Assembly (NCBI GenBank): GCA_963749495.1
Contig: CAVVMW010000012.1
Span: forward strand, 96,001 to 160,000
Length of the DNA: 64,000 nucleotides
Source: an uncultured bacterium
GTDB taxonomy: Bacteria; Verrucomicrobiota; Verrucomicrobiia; Limisphaerales; UBA8199
Direction: 5' to 3'
The first letter of the stretch is position 1, and every line of letters starts with the position of its first letter. The position numbers and the translations under genes were made by a program. The notes below the pieces were generated by a model that ran no database searches, had not been told where the DNA came from, and saw only the letters and a program-made list of their open reading frames with translations. Positions 32,944 through 43,348 of this stretch are shown here, one piece after another.

Positions 32944-33750
32944 TCATCCCTGAGCCGGCGATTGCGCTTTTGCAATCAGCCGACGTTTATAGCGCACCTT
33001 CCACAGCACCAGGCCGTGGGCGGGGGCGGTCATGCCAGCCACACGCCGGTCCTTGGAGTCCAGCATCCGTTTGACCTCGTCCGGGGAGAACTTCCCGAGG
33101 CCCACCTGGACCAGCGTGCCGACAATGCCGCGGCACATCTTGTAGAGGAAACCGTCCCCCTCGATGATGAAAGTGAGCAGCGGCCCGCTCCGCTTGAGGT
33201 CGCAGCGGGACAGAGTGCGGACTGTGGATTGCCGGGCGTAACCCGGGTTGGCGGTGAAAGACTGAAAATCATGGCGCCCGACCAACAGCGGGGCGGCCCG
33301 GCGGATGGCGCGCAGGTCGAGTGGACGCGGCACATGCCAGGCAGTAGAGCGGAGCAAGGGGTTCATCGCGAGGTGGTTCCAGACGCAATAGCGGTACTGC
33401 TTGCCCGTGGCGCCGAAACGGGCATGGAAGTCCCCCCGGACGCGCGCGGCGCAGAGCACGCGGACATCCGGCGGCAGCCACGCGTTGAGCGCCAGGGCCA
33501 GCTTGCGGACCGGCATCTTGAATTGGGCGCGCGGCACCTCGAAGTGCGCTACCAGGCCCAGTGCGTGTACCCCGGCGTCCGTCCGGCTGGAGCCGTGGAC
33601 CCGCGGGCGGCTCGGGAAAAGCTTCGCCAGCGCCTCTTCGACTTTCTCCTGCACCCCGGTCCCCAGCCTCTGCACCTGCCACCCTTCGTAACCGGTGCCG
33701 TCGTAGGCGATGGTCAGCTTGAACTTAGACATCGGTCCGTCGCGCATCAC
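32944..33750 (-). CDS. truA: tRNA pseudouridine(38-40) synthase
   Basis: YDGTGYEGWQ, SRTDAGVHA, FHARF and GFLYKM. Confidence 0.95.
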   Translation of the reverse strand: MMRDGPMSKFKLTIAYDGTGYEGWQVQRLGTGVQEKVEEALAKLFPSRPRVHGSSRTDAGVHALGLVAHFEVPRAQFKMPVRKLALALNAWLPPDVRVLCAARVRGDFHARFGATGKQYRYCVWNHLAMNPLLRSTAWHVPRPLDLRAIRRAAPLLVGRHDFQSFTANPGYARQSTVRTLSRCDLKRSGPLLTFIIEGDGFLYKMCRGIVGTLVQVGLGKFSPDEVKRMLDSKDRRVAGMTAPAHGLVLWKVRYKRRLIAKAQSPAQG

Positions 33751-33759
33751 CCATGCCTC

Positions 33760-34170
33760 TCAGGATATGCTATCCAGATAACTCTGGAGCAGAATGGCCG
33801 CCGCCATCTTGTCCACCTTCTGCTTGCGTTGCTGGCGGCGCACGTTGGCTTCAATCAGAAGGCGGTTGGCCTGGACCGAGGTCAACCGTTCGTCCCAGGT
33901 TTTGACCGGGACATCGATGGCGGCGCGCAAGGCGGCCACGAATTCCTGGACCTTTGCGGCGGCCGGACCGTAGGTGCCGTCCATATTGCGCGGCATGCCG
34001 ACCAGAACCAACTCGACCTCCCGCTGGCCCAGCAACTCCCGGAGGCGGGCCATGAAGCCTGCCAGCGGCTCGGCCGACACAAACTCCAGGGGCTGGGCGA
34101 TGGTCTTGAGTTCGTCGCTGATAGCGATGCCCATCCGCCGGGTTCCGTGGTCGATGGCCAGGATTCTCAT
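33760..34170 (-). CDS. ruvX: Holliday junction resolvase-like/pre-16S rRNA nuclease YqgF
   Basis: LAIDHGTRRMGIA, WDERLTS and VDKMAAAILLQSYL. Confidence 0.93.
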   Translation of the reverse strand: MRILAIDHGTRRMGIAISDELKTIAQPLEFVSAEPLAGFMARLRELLGQREVELVLVGMPRNMDGTYGPAAAKVQEFVAALRAAIDVPVKTWDERLTSVQANRLLIEANVRRQQRKQKVDKMAAAILLQSYLDSIS

Positions 34171-34171
34171 G

Positions 34172-35458
34172 TCACAGCGCCTTCATTACCTTTGCCGCCG
34201 CCTGCACCGTCCGGTCGATGTCCCCAGCGGAATGGGCGGTGGAAAGGAAGCCGGCCTCGAATTGGGACGGCGCCAGATAGACCCCTGCCTCCAGCATTCC
34301 GTGGAAGTATTTCTTGAACCGTTCGCGGTCGCTGGTCATGGCATCGGCCAGGTTGTGGACCGGTTGGCTGGTGAAATAGGCGCAGAACATCGAACCACAA
34401 CGGTTGAACTGGACTGGCAGGCCGGCCGCCTTGGCGGCCTGCTTGAGGCCTGCCTCCAGCGCGGCGCCCGACGCCTCAAGTTTGCCGTAGGCCTGGACGG
34501 CCTCGAGTTCCTCGAGCGCCGCTATCCCGGCGGCCATGGCCAGCGGATTGCCGCTCAAGGTGCCTGCCTGGTACACCGGCCCAAGCGGGGCCAGGCAATC
34601 CATGATCTCGGCGCGCCCGCCGAAGGCCCCGACCGGCAGCCCGCCGCCGATGACCTTGCCGAAGCAGGTCAGGTCGGGCCGAATCCCGAAGCACTCCTGC
34701 GCGCCGCCCTTGGCCAGGCGAAAACCGGTCATGACTTCGTCGAAGATTAGCAGCGCACCTTGCGCGGCCGTGATCTCACGGAGGAACTGGAGGTAACCGG
34801 GCTTGGGCAGATACAAGCCGGCATTGCCCGGCACCGGTTCGATGATGATACCGGCGACTTGGCCGGGGTTGGCAGCGAAAGCGGCCTGGACCGCCTGCGG
34901 GTCGTTGTAGGGCAGGAGGATCGTGTGCTGGGTAAAGGCGGCCGGCACACCGGCGCTGTCGGGGTGGCCGAAGGTCAGCGCCCCGGAGCCTGCCTTGACC
35001 AGGAGTGAATCGACGTGCCCGTGGTAGCAGCCGTCGAACTTGATGATCTTATCGCGCCGGGTGAACCCTCGGGCCAGGCGGATGGCCGACATCGTGGCCT
35101 CCGTCCCCGAATTGCACATCCGCACCTTCTGCACGCTGGGCACCCACGAGCAGATCAGCCGGGCCATCTTCACCTCCAACGGGTTGGGGATGCCGAAGCT
35201 GGTGCCGCGCTCCGCCGCTTCCTGCACTGCCCGGATCACCTTGGGCGGCGCATGACCCAGGATCGCCGGCCCCCACGTCCCCACATAATCCACATACTCG
35301 TTCCCGTCCACGTCCCACACGCGCGCGCCCCGGGCCCGGTCCACAAAAAACGGCCGGCCGCCCACAGCCCGAAATGCCCGCACCGGCGAGTTGACGCCCC
35401 CGGGGATGCAGCGCAGCGCCTCCGCAAAGAGTTGCTCGGATCTCGTCCGCGAAATCAT
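34172..35458 (-). CDS. hemL: Glutamate-1-semialdehyde 2,1-aminomutase
   Basis: [35 protein letters not shown] and [10 protein letters not shown]. Confidence 0.97.
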   Translation of the reverse strand: MISRTRSEQLFAEALRCIPGGVNSPVRAFRAVGGRPFFVDRARGARVWDVDGNEYVDYVGTWGPAILGHAPPKVIRAVQEAAERGTSFGIPNPLEVKMARLICSWVPSVQKVRMCNSGTEATMSAIRLARGFTRRDKIIKFDGCYHGHVDSLLVKAGSGALTFGHPDSAGVPAAFTQHTILLPYNDPQAVQAAFAANPGQVAGIIIEPVPGNAGLYLPKPGYLQFLREITAAQGALLIFDEVMTGFRLAKGGAQECFGIRPDLTCFGKVIGGGLPVGAFGGRAEIMDCLAPLGPVYQAGTLSGNPLAMAAGIAALEELEAVQAYGKLEASGAALEAGLKQAAKAAGLPVQFNRCGSMFCAYFTSQPVHNLADAMTSDRERFKKYFHGMLEAGVYLAPSQFEAGFLSTAHSAGDIDRTVQAAAKVMKAL

Positions 35459-35758
35459 GCCGGGAAGGTAGCCGGTGGCACGTGAATTGCACGAAGCAAT
35501 TGCTGGTAAGGCCTCAGTGGCGGGGGGGGGGCGCTATCGCGGGCCGACCCCTCACCCCAACCCTCTCCCCATCGGATGGGGAGAGGGAGAAGGCTCCATA
35601 GCGGATCGAGGAGCCTGAGACACCTGGAAGTTCAAGAGCCGCCGCGGCTTCTCCCTCTCCCCATCGGAAGGGGAGAGGGTCGGGGTGAGGGGTCTGCCCC
35701 TTGGCGCTCCCGCCTTCATTGAGGCCTTACAATTGCTGTTTCGTGCCCGGTCCACCCC

Positions 35759-36763
35759 TCATGGGGCGAGGGCGTCCTTGTAACGTTCGCAGAGGGCCAG
35801 GGCGGTCTCGCGCAGGCGGGCGGCCAGGGCTTGGGGCCGCACCACGATGGCATGGGTGCCCCAGCCCAGGACCCATCGCTCCGCCTCTTTGAGACTGCTC
35901 AATCGGAGCGCAAGCCGGGCCTTGCCGCCGGGCAACTCGGTCAATTGCTGGCTGGCGTGCCAGCGGCGGCCGCGGATCAGGTCCGCCGCCCAGGCGTCGA
36001 AGTCCAGGACCAGTTCATAATCGCCGCGGCCGCGATAGACATTGAAGCTGCCGCGCAGGTATTCGTCGAGATCGAAGTCGTGGGGTTTGGCAAAGCGCTC
36101 GCGGGTGATCTCGGGCCGGTGCAGGCGGGTCAGGACGAAGGTGCGCAAGTCGCGGCGGCGGACATCGAAGGCGAAGAGATACCATTGGTTATCAATGCAG
36201 GCCAGGTGATAGGGATAGACCCGGCGGCGCCGGGCGCGGGGCGTGCCCAGGTTGCGGTAGAGAAAGGTCAAGGCACGGCACTGGCGCAGGGCCTGGGCGA
36301 TGACCTGGAAGGCCGACAGATCGGCATCCTCGGGGGCGAACGGGCGGAAGGAGAGGACCTCGTCCAGGTTGGCCATGGTGAAGCGCAGGCGCCCGTCCAG
36401 TTGGCCGGTCAGTTTGCGGAAGGCCGTCTCCAGCGGTTGCTGGAAGGGCGTTCCCTGGTATTGGGTGATGGCCTTGTGGGCGACCAGGACCGCAAACAGC
36501 TCGGCCTCGGTCATCGAGACTGCCGGCAGGTGTTCCACAGGCCGTTCGTAGTAATAGCCCTTGCGGTGCGGGTCGTACTCGATCGGCAGGTCCAGCCGGT
36601 ACTTCATAAAGTCCACGTCCCGGCTGGCGGAGCGGGTCGAATACTCGAACTCCTGGGCCAGAGTGGAGCAATTGGGGTAGCGGGCGCTGCGCAGCAGTTG
36701 GTGGATGCGCATCATCCGGCCCCAGGGAGCGCGGCAATGGATCTCAGGCTGGACCTTCGGCAT
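35759..36763 (-). CDS. HTH-WYL-WCX transcriptional regulator (PafBC-like)
   Basis: N-terminal HTH (LAQEFEYSTRSASRD), PYHL..NQWYL, RTFVLTR and WVLGWG. Confidence 0.9.
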   Translation of the reverse strand: MPKVQPEIHCRAPWGRMMRIHQLLRSARYPNCSTLAQEFEYSTRSASRDVDFMKYRLDLPIEYDPHRKGYYYERPVEHLPAVSMTEAELFAVLVAHKAITQYQGTPFQQPLETAFRKLTGQLDGRLRFTMANLDEVLSFRPFAPEDADLSAFQVIAQALRQCRALTFLYRNLGTPRARRRRVYPYHLACIDNQWYLFAFDVRRRDLRTFVLTRLHRPEITRERFAKPHDFDLDEYLRGSFNVYRGRGDYELVLDFDAWAADLIRGRRWHASQQLTELPGGKARLALRLSSLKEAERWVLGWGTHAIVVRPQALAARLRETALALCERYKDALAP

Positions 36764-36865
36764 AAGGCTCGCGGTGTGGTCTTTGCGGTTACCTTTTGGC
36801 GATGAAGGCGGAAAATGTCAATACGCTTCACGTCCTCTTAAGGTGGGGGGTGCTACGCTGCGGGC

Positions 36866-38421
36866 ATGAAAACGAATGGAAGATTGGTTTTGGGCGCGAT
36901 GCTTGGCGCCGCTCTCTGCACGTTGGGGAGCGGGGCGGCGCAGGAACAGGAACCTGGGATGGCTGCCGCCGCGGGCGCCGCCAGTGCCGGGGCCGACGGC
37001 CTGCCCCTGAACTTCCATAACGCCCCGCTGAGCCTGGTCCTCGAGTACCTCAGTGATGCCGCTGGGTTCATCATCAACCCGCAGACGGAAGTCCGCGGCA
37101 ATGTCGAGGTCTGGAGCAAGACACCCGTCTCGCGCGAGGAGGCCGTGCAGTTGGTCAACTCGGCTATCAGAAAGAACGGCTATGCCCTGGTGCGAAGCGG
37201 GCGCATTTTGAAGCTGGTGAGCCTGACGGACTCCGGGCGCCAGGACCTCGAGGTGGCCGCCGGCAACAACCCCGAGGCGGTGGAAAAGTCCAGCGAAGTC
37301 GCCGTGCAGGTCATCCCGGTCCGATATATCAGCGCCAGCCAGTTGATGAACAATCTCCAGCCGCTCCTGCCCGCCGGCGCCTTGCTCACGGTTAACGAAA
37401 GCGCCAATTCGCTCATCCTGGTGGCCGCCAAGGCCGACATCCGCCGAACGCTCAAGATCGTTGCCGCCTTGGATGCCTCGCAGGTGGCGGCCTCCTCGCT
37501 TCGGGTCTTTCCACTGCACTATGCCGATGCCAAACAGTTGGCCACGGTCGTGCAGCAGCTCTTCTCGGCACAGACCTCGAGCCAGGACAACAACGGCATG
37601 AATTCTCCCGGCCCGGGCGGCGTTCCAGGCGGCGGCTTCGGTCCCCAGGACCTTCCCGGGGGGCCGCCCGGCTTCGGCATGGCCAGCGCCCGGGCCAGGC
37701 CAACACCGGCAGCGCGGCCCTGGGCAAGGTCCTGGCCACGGCCGACGAGCCATCCAATTCGCTGATCGTTTATGGGCAGGCCGCCTCGATGCCGGCCATC
37801 GCAAACCTGGTGCTGCAACTGGACCAGTCCGTGACCGACATAACCGAACTGCGCGTCTTCCGGCTTGCCAACGCCGATTCCGAGGAACTCGCCCAGAGCC
37901 TCTCGCAACTCTTTCCGGACAACACCGCCAATGGCAGCAACCAGGACTCGATGGGGTTCCGCGTCGGCCCGCCCGACTTCGACCCCGACGGCGACCAAGC
38001 CAACAGCAGTGCCCGGGCCAAGAAGAAGAGCCGCATCCAGGCCGTGGCCGACCCGCGCACCTCCTCGCTGCTGGTCAGCGCCCCAAGCACCGTCATGCCC
38101 CAGATTGCCAAGCTCATCCAAAGCCTGGATGCCAGCCCGGCCAGGAAAGAAAAGGTCAAGGTCTATGAACTGCAGAATGCCGACCCGCAGGACGTTTACC
38201 AGATCCTGCAGGACCTCTTCAATCGGAACACGGCCATGCGCAACAACAGCAACAACCGCAATTCGCTCCTGGGCCAGAACAATCCGCTCTCCACCCGCCA
38301 GAGCCGGCTGCAGAGCTCGAACTCCGGCACAAGCCAGGGCCTTGGCAATGCCGGCGGCAGCAGCGGGATGGGCGGGGCGGGAGGAGGCGCAGGCGGCGGC
38401 GGCGGCGGCGGCCAATTCTGA
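36866..38421 (+). CDS. Secretin N-terminal (N0/NolW-repeat) domain protein without a secretin core (frameshift ~37690)
   Basis: Signal peptide, LNFHNAPL..VL, and repeated VxPLxYAxA / NSLI / LD units; ORFs 36866..37765 and 37789..38421 join. Confidence 0.7.
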
Positions 38422-38586
38422 GCGCGGATGGGGGAATGAGGAATGACGAATGACGAATGACGAATGACGAATGCAGACCGTGCAGTCTGTCCCTTATGTC
38501 CCTTACGTCCCTTATGTCCCTTGTGTCCCTTCCGCCTCTTGCCTTAATGTCTTCTTAAGGTGCCCCTGTTACACTCACAACAAAAT

Positions 38587-39279
38587 ATGAAAACTAGAAC
38601 ATTCATTCAAACGACCAAGTTAAGCATCCTCGGAGCGGCTGTGTGGCTGCTCGTAGGCACCGGGAATCTCCGGGCCCAGGACCAGGCCCGGCCCAATTTC
38701 GACCCTGAACAGATGCGCCAGCGGATGCTGGAACGAATTCGCGGCCAGCTCGAAGTCAAAGACGACTCAGAGTGGAAGATCATCTCGGAGCGGATCGGCA
38801 AGGTCCAGCAGGCGCGCCGGGCGGTGGGTGGCCCGGGGGGCTTCCCTGGGGGCATGGGCGGCTTTCCACCGCCGGGTGGCTTCCCGCCGGGAGGTCCGGG
38901 TGGACAGGGCGGTCAAGGCGGTCCGGGTGGTCCGGGCGACCAAGGCGGGCTCGGTGGCCCGGGTGGTCCGGGCGGGCAGGGCGACCAAGGCGGTCCGGGC
39001 GGTCCGGGCGGGTTTGGCGGTCCCGGCGGTCCCGGTGGTTTCCCTGGCGGCCCCGGAGGCCCTCCCGGATTCAATCGGGAACCCAACCCGGAGATGGATG
39101 CCCTGCGCCAGGCGATCCAGGCCAAGGCCTCGGGGGCCGACCTGAAAGCCAAATTGACCCAACTCAGGGAGGCTCGCAAGAAGAAGGAAGCCGACCTGGA
39201 GAAGGCGCAGGAGGACCTGCGCCAGGTTCTCTCCGTCCGCCAAGAGGCCATCGCCGTCACCCTCGGGCTGCTGCGCTGA
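38587..39279 (+). CDS. Secreted helical protein with Gly/Pro-rich low-complexity insert
   Basis: Signal peptide, GGPGG repeats and C-terminal LRQVLSVRQEA. Confidence 0.75.
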   Translation: MKTRTFIQTTKLSILGAAVWLLVGTGNLRAQDQARPNFDPEQMRQRMLERIRGQLEVKDDSEWKIISERIGKVQQARRAVGGPGGFPGGMGGFPPPGGFPPGGPGGQGGQGGPGGPGDQGGLGGPGGPGGQGDQGGPGGPGGFGGPGGPGGFPGGPGGPPGFNREPNPEMDALRQAIQAKASGADLKAKLTQLREARKKKEADLEKAQEDLRQVLSVRQEAIAVTLGLLR

Positions 39280-39306
39280 GCGGCCTGTGCCCCCCTGATT
39301 TTCGGG

Positions 39307-40364
39307 CTACACCGCCTGCGCCACGAGATCGCCGACCTGGGAGGTGCTGTAGCCCATCTTGCCGGCGGCCAAGCTCTTGATCTTGTCGCGGACGGTGTTG
39401 ATGACGGCGGTTTCGATGGCCTTGGCGGCCTGGGTTTGGCCCAGGAAATCCAGGAGCATCTGGCCGGCGCAGATGGCGGCCAGGGGGTTGATGACACCCT
39501 TGCCGGTGTATTTGGGGGCGCTGCCGCCGATAGGCTCGAACATGCTGGTGCCTTGCGGGTTGATGTTGCCGCCGGCAGCGATGCCCATCCCGCCCTGGAG
39601 CATGGCGCCCAGGTCGGTGATGATGTCCCCGAACATGTTGTCGGTCACGATGACGTCGAACCATTCCGGGTTCTTCACGAACCACATCGTCGTGGCGTCC
39701 ACGTGGGCGTAATCGCGCTTGATGTCGGGGTAATCGCGCTGGCCGATTTCGTGGAAGGCGCGTTCCCACAGGTCGAAGGCGTAGGTGAGCACGTTGGTCT
39801 TGCCGGAGAGGGTGAGCTTCTTGTCCTTGTTCCGCTTGCGGGCGTAGTCGAAGGCAAAGCGCAGGCACCGCTCGACGCCGCGCCGGGTATTGACGCTCTC
39901 TTGCAGGGCGATCTCGTTGGGGGTGCCCTTGAAGACGAAACCGCCGGCGCCGGTGCAGACCCCTCGTTGTTCTCGCGCACGACCACGAAATCGATCTGCT
40001 CCGGCTTCTTGTCCTTGAGGGGGCAGAACCGCGCGTCATAGAGCTTGACCGGACGCAGGTTGACGTATTGCTCCAGTTCGAAGCGGGTGCGAAGGAGGAT
40101 GCCCTTTTCGAGGATGCCAGGCTTGACGTCCGGATGGCCGATGGCGCCCAGCAGGATGGCGGGAAACCGGCGCAGTTCGTTGAGCACGCTCTCGGGCAGC
40201 ACTTCCCCCGTGCGCAGGTAGCGTTCGCCGCCCACGTCGTAGCGCGTGTAATTGAGCTTGAGCTCAAACTTCCCAGCGGCCGCCTCCAGCACCTTGATCG
40301 CCTCGTTGGTGACTTCGGGCCCGGTGCCGTCCCCGCCAATGACTGCAATATCGTAGCTCTTCAT
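39307..40364 (-). CDS. leuB: 3-isopropylmalate dehydrogenase (frameshift ~39960)
   Basis: [31 protein letters not shown] and FEPIGGSAP across two frames. Confidence 0.88.
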
Positions 40365-40462
40365 GAATGATCGTTCTTGCGCTGCCTGCCTCGAGGGCAG
40401 GGGCGCAGAAGCCTAATGGTTCCCGCCCAAGTGGCAACGGAAATCTCGTGACCATTCGAGGT

Positions 40463-40576
40463 GTGGGGCAGACCTCTGGTCTGCCGGTTCACGGAGCCTC
40501 CGGCTCCGTGTCCCTTGCAGTTGCGAGGCGCGGGGCCAGAGGCCCCTGCAACCGGCAGACCGGAGGTCCGCCCCAC
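40463..40576. repeat. REP-like inverted repeat GTGGGGCAGACCTCTGGTCTGCC..GGCAGACCGGAGGTCCGCCCCAC
   Basis: Inverted palindromic arms read directly. Confidence 0.75.
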
Positions 40577-40604
40577 GCGTCCCCACCTGAACATTTACGA
40601 AATC

Positions 40605-42835
40605 TCAATTCTCCACCTCGAACCCCCGCACGTTGAGATAGCGGTCGGTCGAGTGCTCGGGTTTGTCCGGGAGCAGGCGCAGGCGGATCGTGTGGCGGCC
40701 AGGGGCCAGGCCGCGGTGAGACCAATCGAAGGGCAGGTCACGCCCGGGGCCGTATTGGTCCACGATGCCGATGACGCGCTCGTCAATGGTGACCTCGGCG
40801 CGGCCGGCGTCGTTGTAACGCCAGCCCAGCCAGCGGATGCCGGTGCCTTCAAACTCACACTCGGCCGTGGCCCCGACTTCGTTGGAGTAGCGGTGTACGC
40901 CGGCGTCGTTCCAATGCCCGGCGAATTTGACATCGCGGTAGGGAATCCGTGTCCCGATTCGCGGGTCCAGATAGACGAAGCAGCGCTCGCCCGCGCGGAG
41001 CGCATAGAACGGCTGGACCCGCACGGCGGGGCTCGAGGCCAGAGTGAAGTGGAGCGGCAGATCGGGGTCGGGCGACAGGGCCCGATCCAGGGCCGCGACG
41101 TCGATCGAGCGAAGGGCCTGCGGCCGTGGCGCTTGAAAGGCCAGGACCACGGGCCCGTAAAGGGCGGCGGCCGGCCAGGGCTGCGGGGCTGCCAAGGGCG
41201 CGGCCCACAACTTCATGGGCAGCCGCAACGTGATGACGTCACCATTGTTCCACGAGCGGCGCAGCGCGGCCCAGTGGCCCGGTTCGAGGGCCAGGGCGGC
41301 ATCACGCCCGTTGATCGCGGCCTGGATGGGCTGCGCCAGCCAGGCGGGCACGCGGACCTTGATGCCAAACTGGCCGGTCTGCTGGACCTGCAGCGCCAGG
41401 CGGACCTGGTCGGTCTCCGGAAAACGGGTCTCCTGGGTCAGGGTGACGGTGCCGCCGGGGCGCGTCCATTGTACGGTGGAAGGCACGAAGAGGTTGATGC
41501 AGAGGTCTTGAGCGTCGTGGAAGTAGATGAGGTCGTGGTAATCGGCAACGGCCTGTGGGCGGGTGCCGGTGCAGCACGACCAGCCAAAGTCGGTATTGCG
41601 TTTGGCGCCGCCGTGCAGGCAATAGTCCGAATAGTAGAACACGCAGCCGTTGGTGGTCGTGGGGATGGAGGCGCTCAGGCCGTTATAGACCAGGCGCTCG
41701 ATCCAATCGCCATAGGCGGCGTCGCCAGTGAACGAGATGAGGTGCTTGGCCAGCTTGAATGCGGCCCAGCAACCGCATTGGGTCTCGAAGGTGTTGTGCG
41801 TGTCCTCCAGCTTTTGGAGCAGCTTGTCGCGTGGCAGCAACTCCTCGTCCGGGCCCCAGCCGCCGGTGGCGAAGCATTGCCGGGCCTGGAGGTAGCGATA
41901 CGCGTTCTTGATCGTATCGAGGTAGGAGGCCTCGCCTTTGACCAGATAGGCAGCGGCGGCGCCGCCCAGGGTATTGACATGGCTGTAGGCGTGATAAACC
42001 GAGGAGATGGCGCCGTCGGGGCGCGGCGCGAAGATGTCGCCGTCGCGGGCATAGACGTCCCAGTAGTCATGGTACTCCCAGACCTCGGCGAATTGGCGGT
42101 ACTTGGGGTCGCCGGTGGCCAGATAAGCGCGGTAGAGATTCTCGCTCAAGGTGTACCATTCCGTGGCGGTATCGTTGACGCGGCGGGAGCGGTCCAGGTG
42201 CTTGATGGCCCAATCGGTGATGCGGCTCAGGGCGCCGAGTGCCTCCGGGCTGCCGCAATAGAGACAACTGTCCACCAAGCCCCAGAGCATCTTGTCGTAG
42301 ATGTAATGCGGGGCGTTGGGTTTGCGGGAGGCGTAGAAGTAGCCGTCGGGCTCGATGCACTTGGCCCACTGGGCGACGAGGCGGTTGGCCTTGTCACGGC
42401 AGGCAGGGTCGCCGGTGCCCGCGTGCAGCCGCGCCAGGCCCGAGACGATCTGGCCGAAGACCAGGAAGATGTCGCCGCTGTACCAGCCGCCCAAGTCGTT
42501 GCCGGGGGCCGGCCCGCGCGGGCGCGGAACCCCTTCAACAGGTCGTCGTCCGGGATGGCCAGGTAGAATTGGCGGACCTCCTCGACCTGGTTCTTGAGAG
42601 GTCCCGGCCCCAGGGTGACGCCGTGAAAACCGAACGGCTCGACCAGGCGCCGCCCGGCCGGCTGGGGCAGGACCTTTTGAAAGGCGGAAAGGGGCCCGCT
42701 GCCGAACCCGTCGGCATTCGAAAACCATCCCGGCGCCGCCAACTCTGCGGCTGCGCACCAGAGGGCGAGGAGACACAGGACCGCGGAGAGGCGTGGGCTG
42801 CGACGGCCCGAACAGGTCAAGTGAGGTGAGCGCAT
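40605..42835 (-). CDS. GH127/GH146-like beta-L-arabinofuranosidase (frameshift ~42520)
   Basis: Signal peptide, LGGWY, HAYSH, FETQC, YGDWIERLVYN and WSCCTGT. Confidence 0.8.
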
Positions 42836-42845
42836 TAGGGAATGG

Positions 42846-42947
42846 TCAGCACAATTCGTCTTCATGGATCAGACAATATTCGCAGCAGCGGCCGGCGCGG
42901 GAGCGGATGGCGTTCCGCAAGGGTTCCGGCACTCGCGTGGCGCTCAC
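42846..42947 (-). pseudogene. Truncated HNH endonuclease N-terminus
   Basis: GTG overlaps the upstream stop; reads MSATRVPEPLRNAIRSRAGRCCEYCLIHEDELC*. Confidence 0.6.
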
Positions 42948-43297
42948 GGGCTAGCCTGAGTCATGACGAGTTTTCGAGCCTCAGCTTTGAGAAGGGTCAT
43001 GAGATGGTTGATATGTTCCATGTCATCCAGTTCCGCCTCCTCAGCGTCGGTGAGCTGGCCTTCCCGGTTCGTGCGGAGCAACTGGGCAGACCTCTCCGCG
43101 TGCGCCGCAGATGGCCGAAAGGCAATAATCTGCTCCGGGCGCGGGCCACTGGCGAGAAACTCGATAATCTCGCGCCAGTGGGCGGACGTACCGCCGTCGT
43201 GCTGTTGGAGGCCGCGTTCGATGATTTCCCCAAGCCTCTCCTTCTGTCCCGCGAGCCGGCGAACGGTCTGCTCCGGCAGGTCAATTGTGACTTGCAT
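42944..43297 (-). CDS. Small antitoxin-like protein of the type found before HNH genes
   Basis: MQVTIDLPE..., IIEFLASGP.PEQIIAFRPS and LTDAEEAELD. Confidence 0.65.
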   Translation of the reverse strand: MQVTIDLPEQTVRRLAGQKERLGEIIERGLQQHDGGTSAHWREIIEFLASGPRPEQIIAFRPSAAHAERSAQLLRTNREGQLTDAEEAELDDMEHINHLMTLLKAEARKLVMTQASP

Positions 43298-43348
43298 ATC
43301 GGGATATTACCGGCCTATTCACAGCCGGTCAACTCCGGCTTCCCTGGC

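Noticed and set aside
38826..39066. Collagen-like repeat
   Set aside because: GGP/GGQ low-complexity linker, not a Gly-X-Y collagen with varied X and Y
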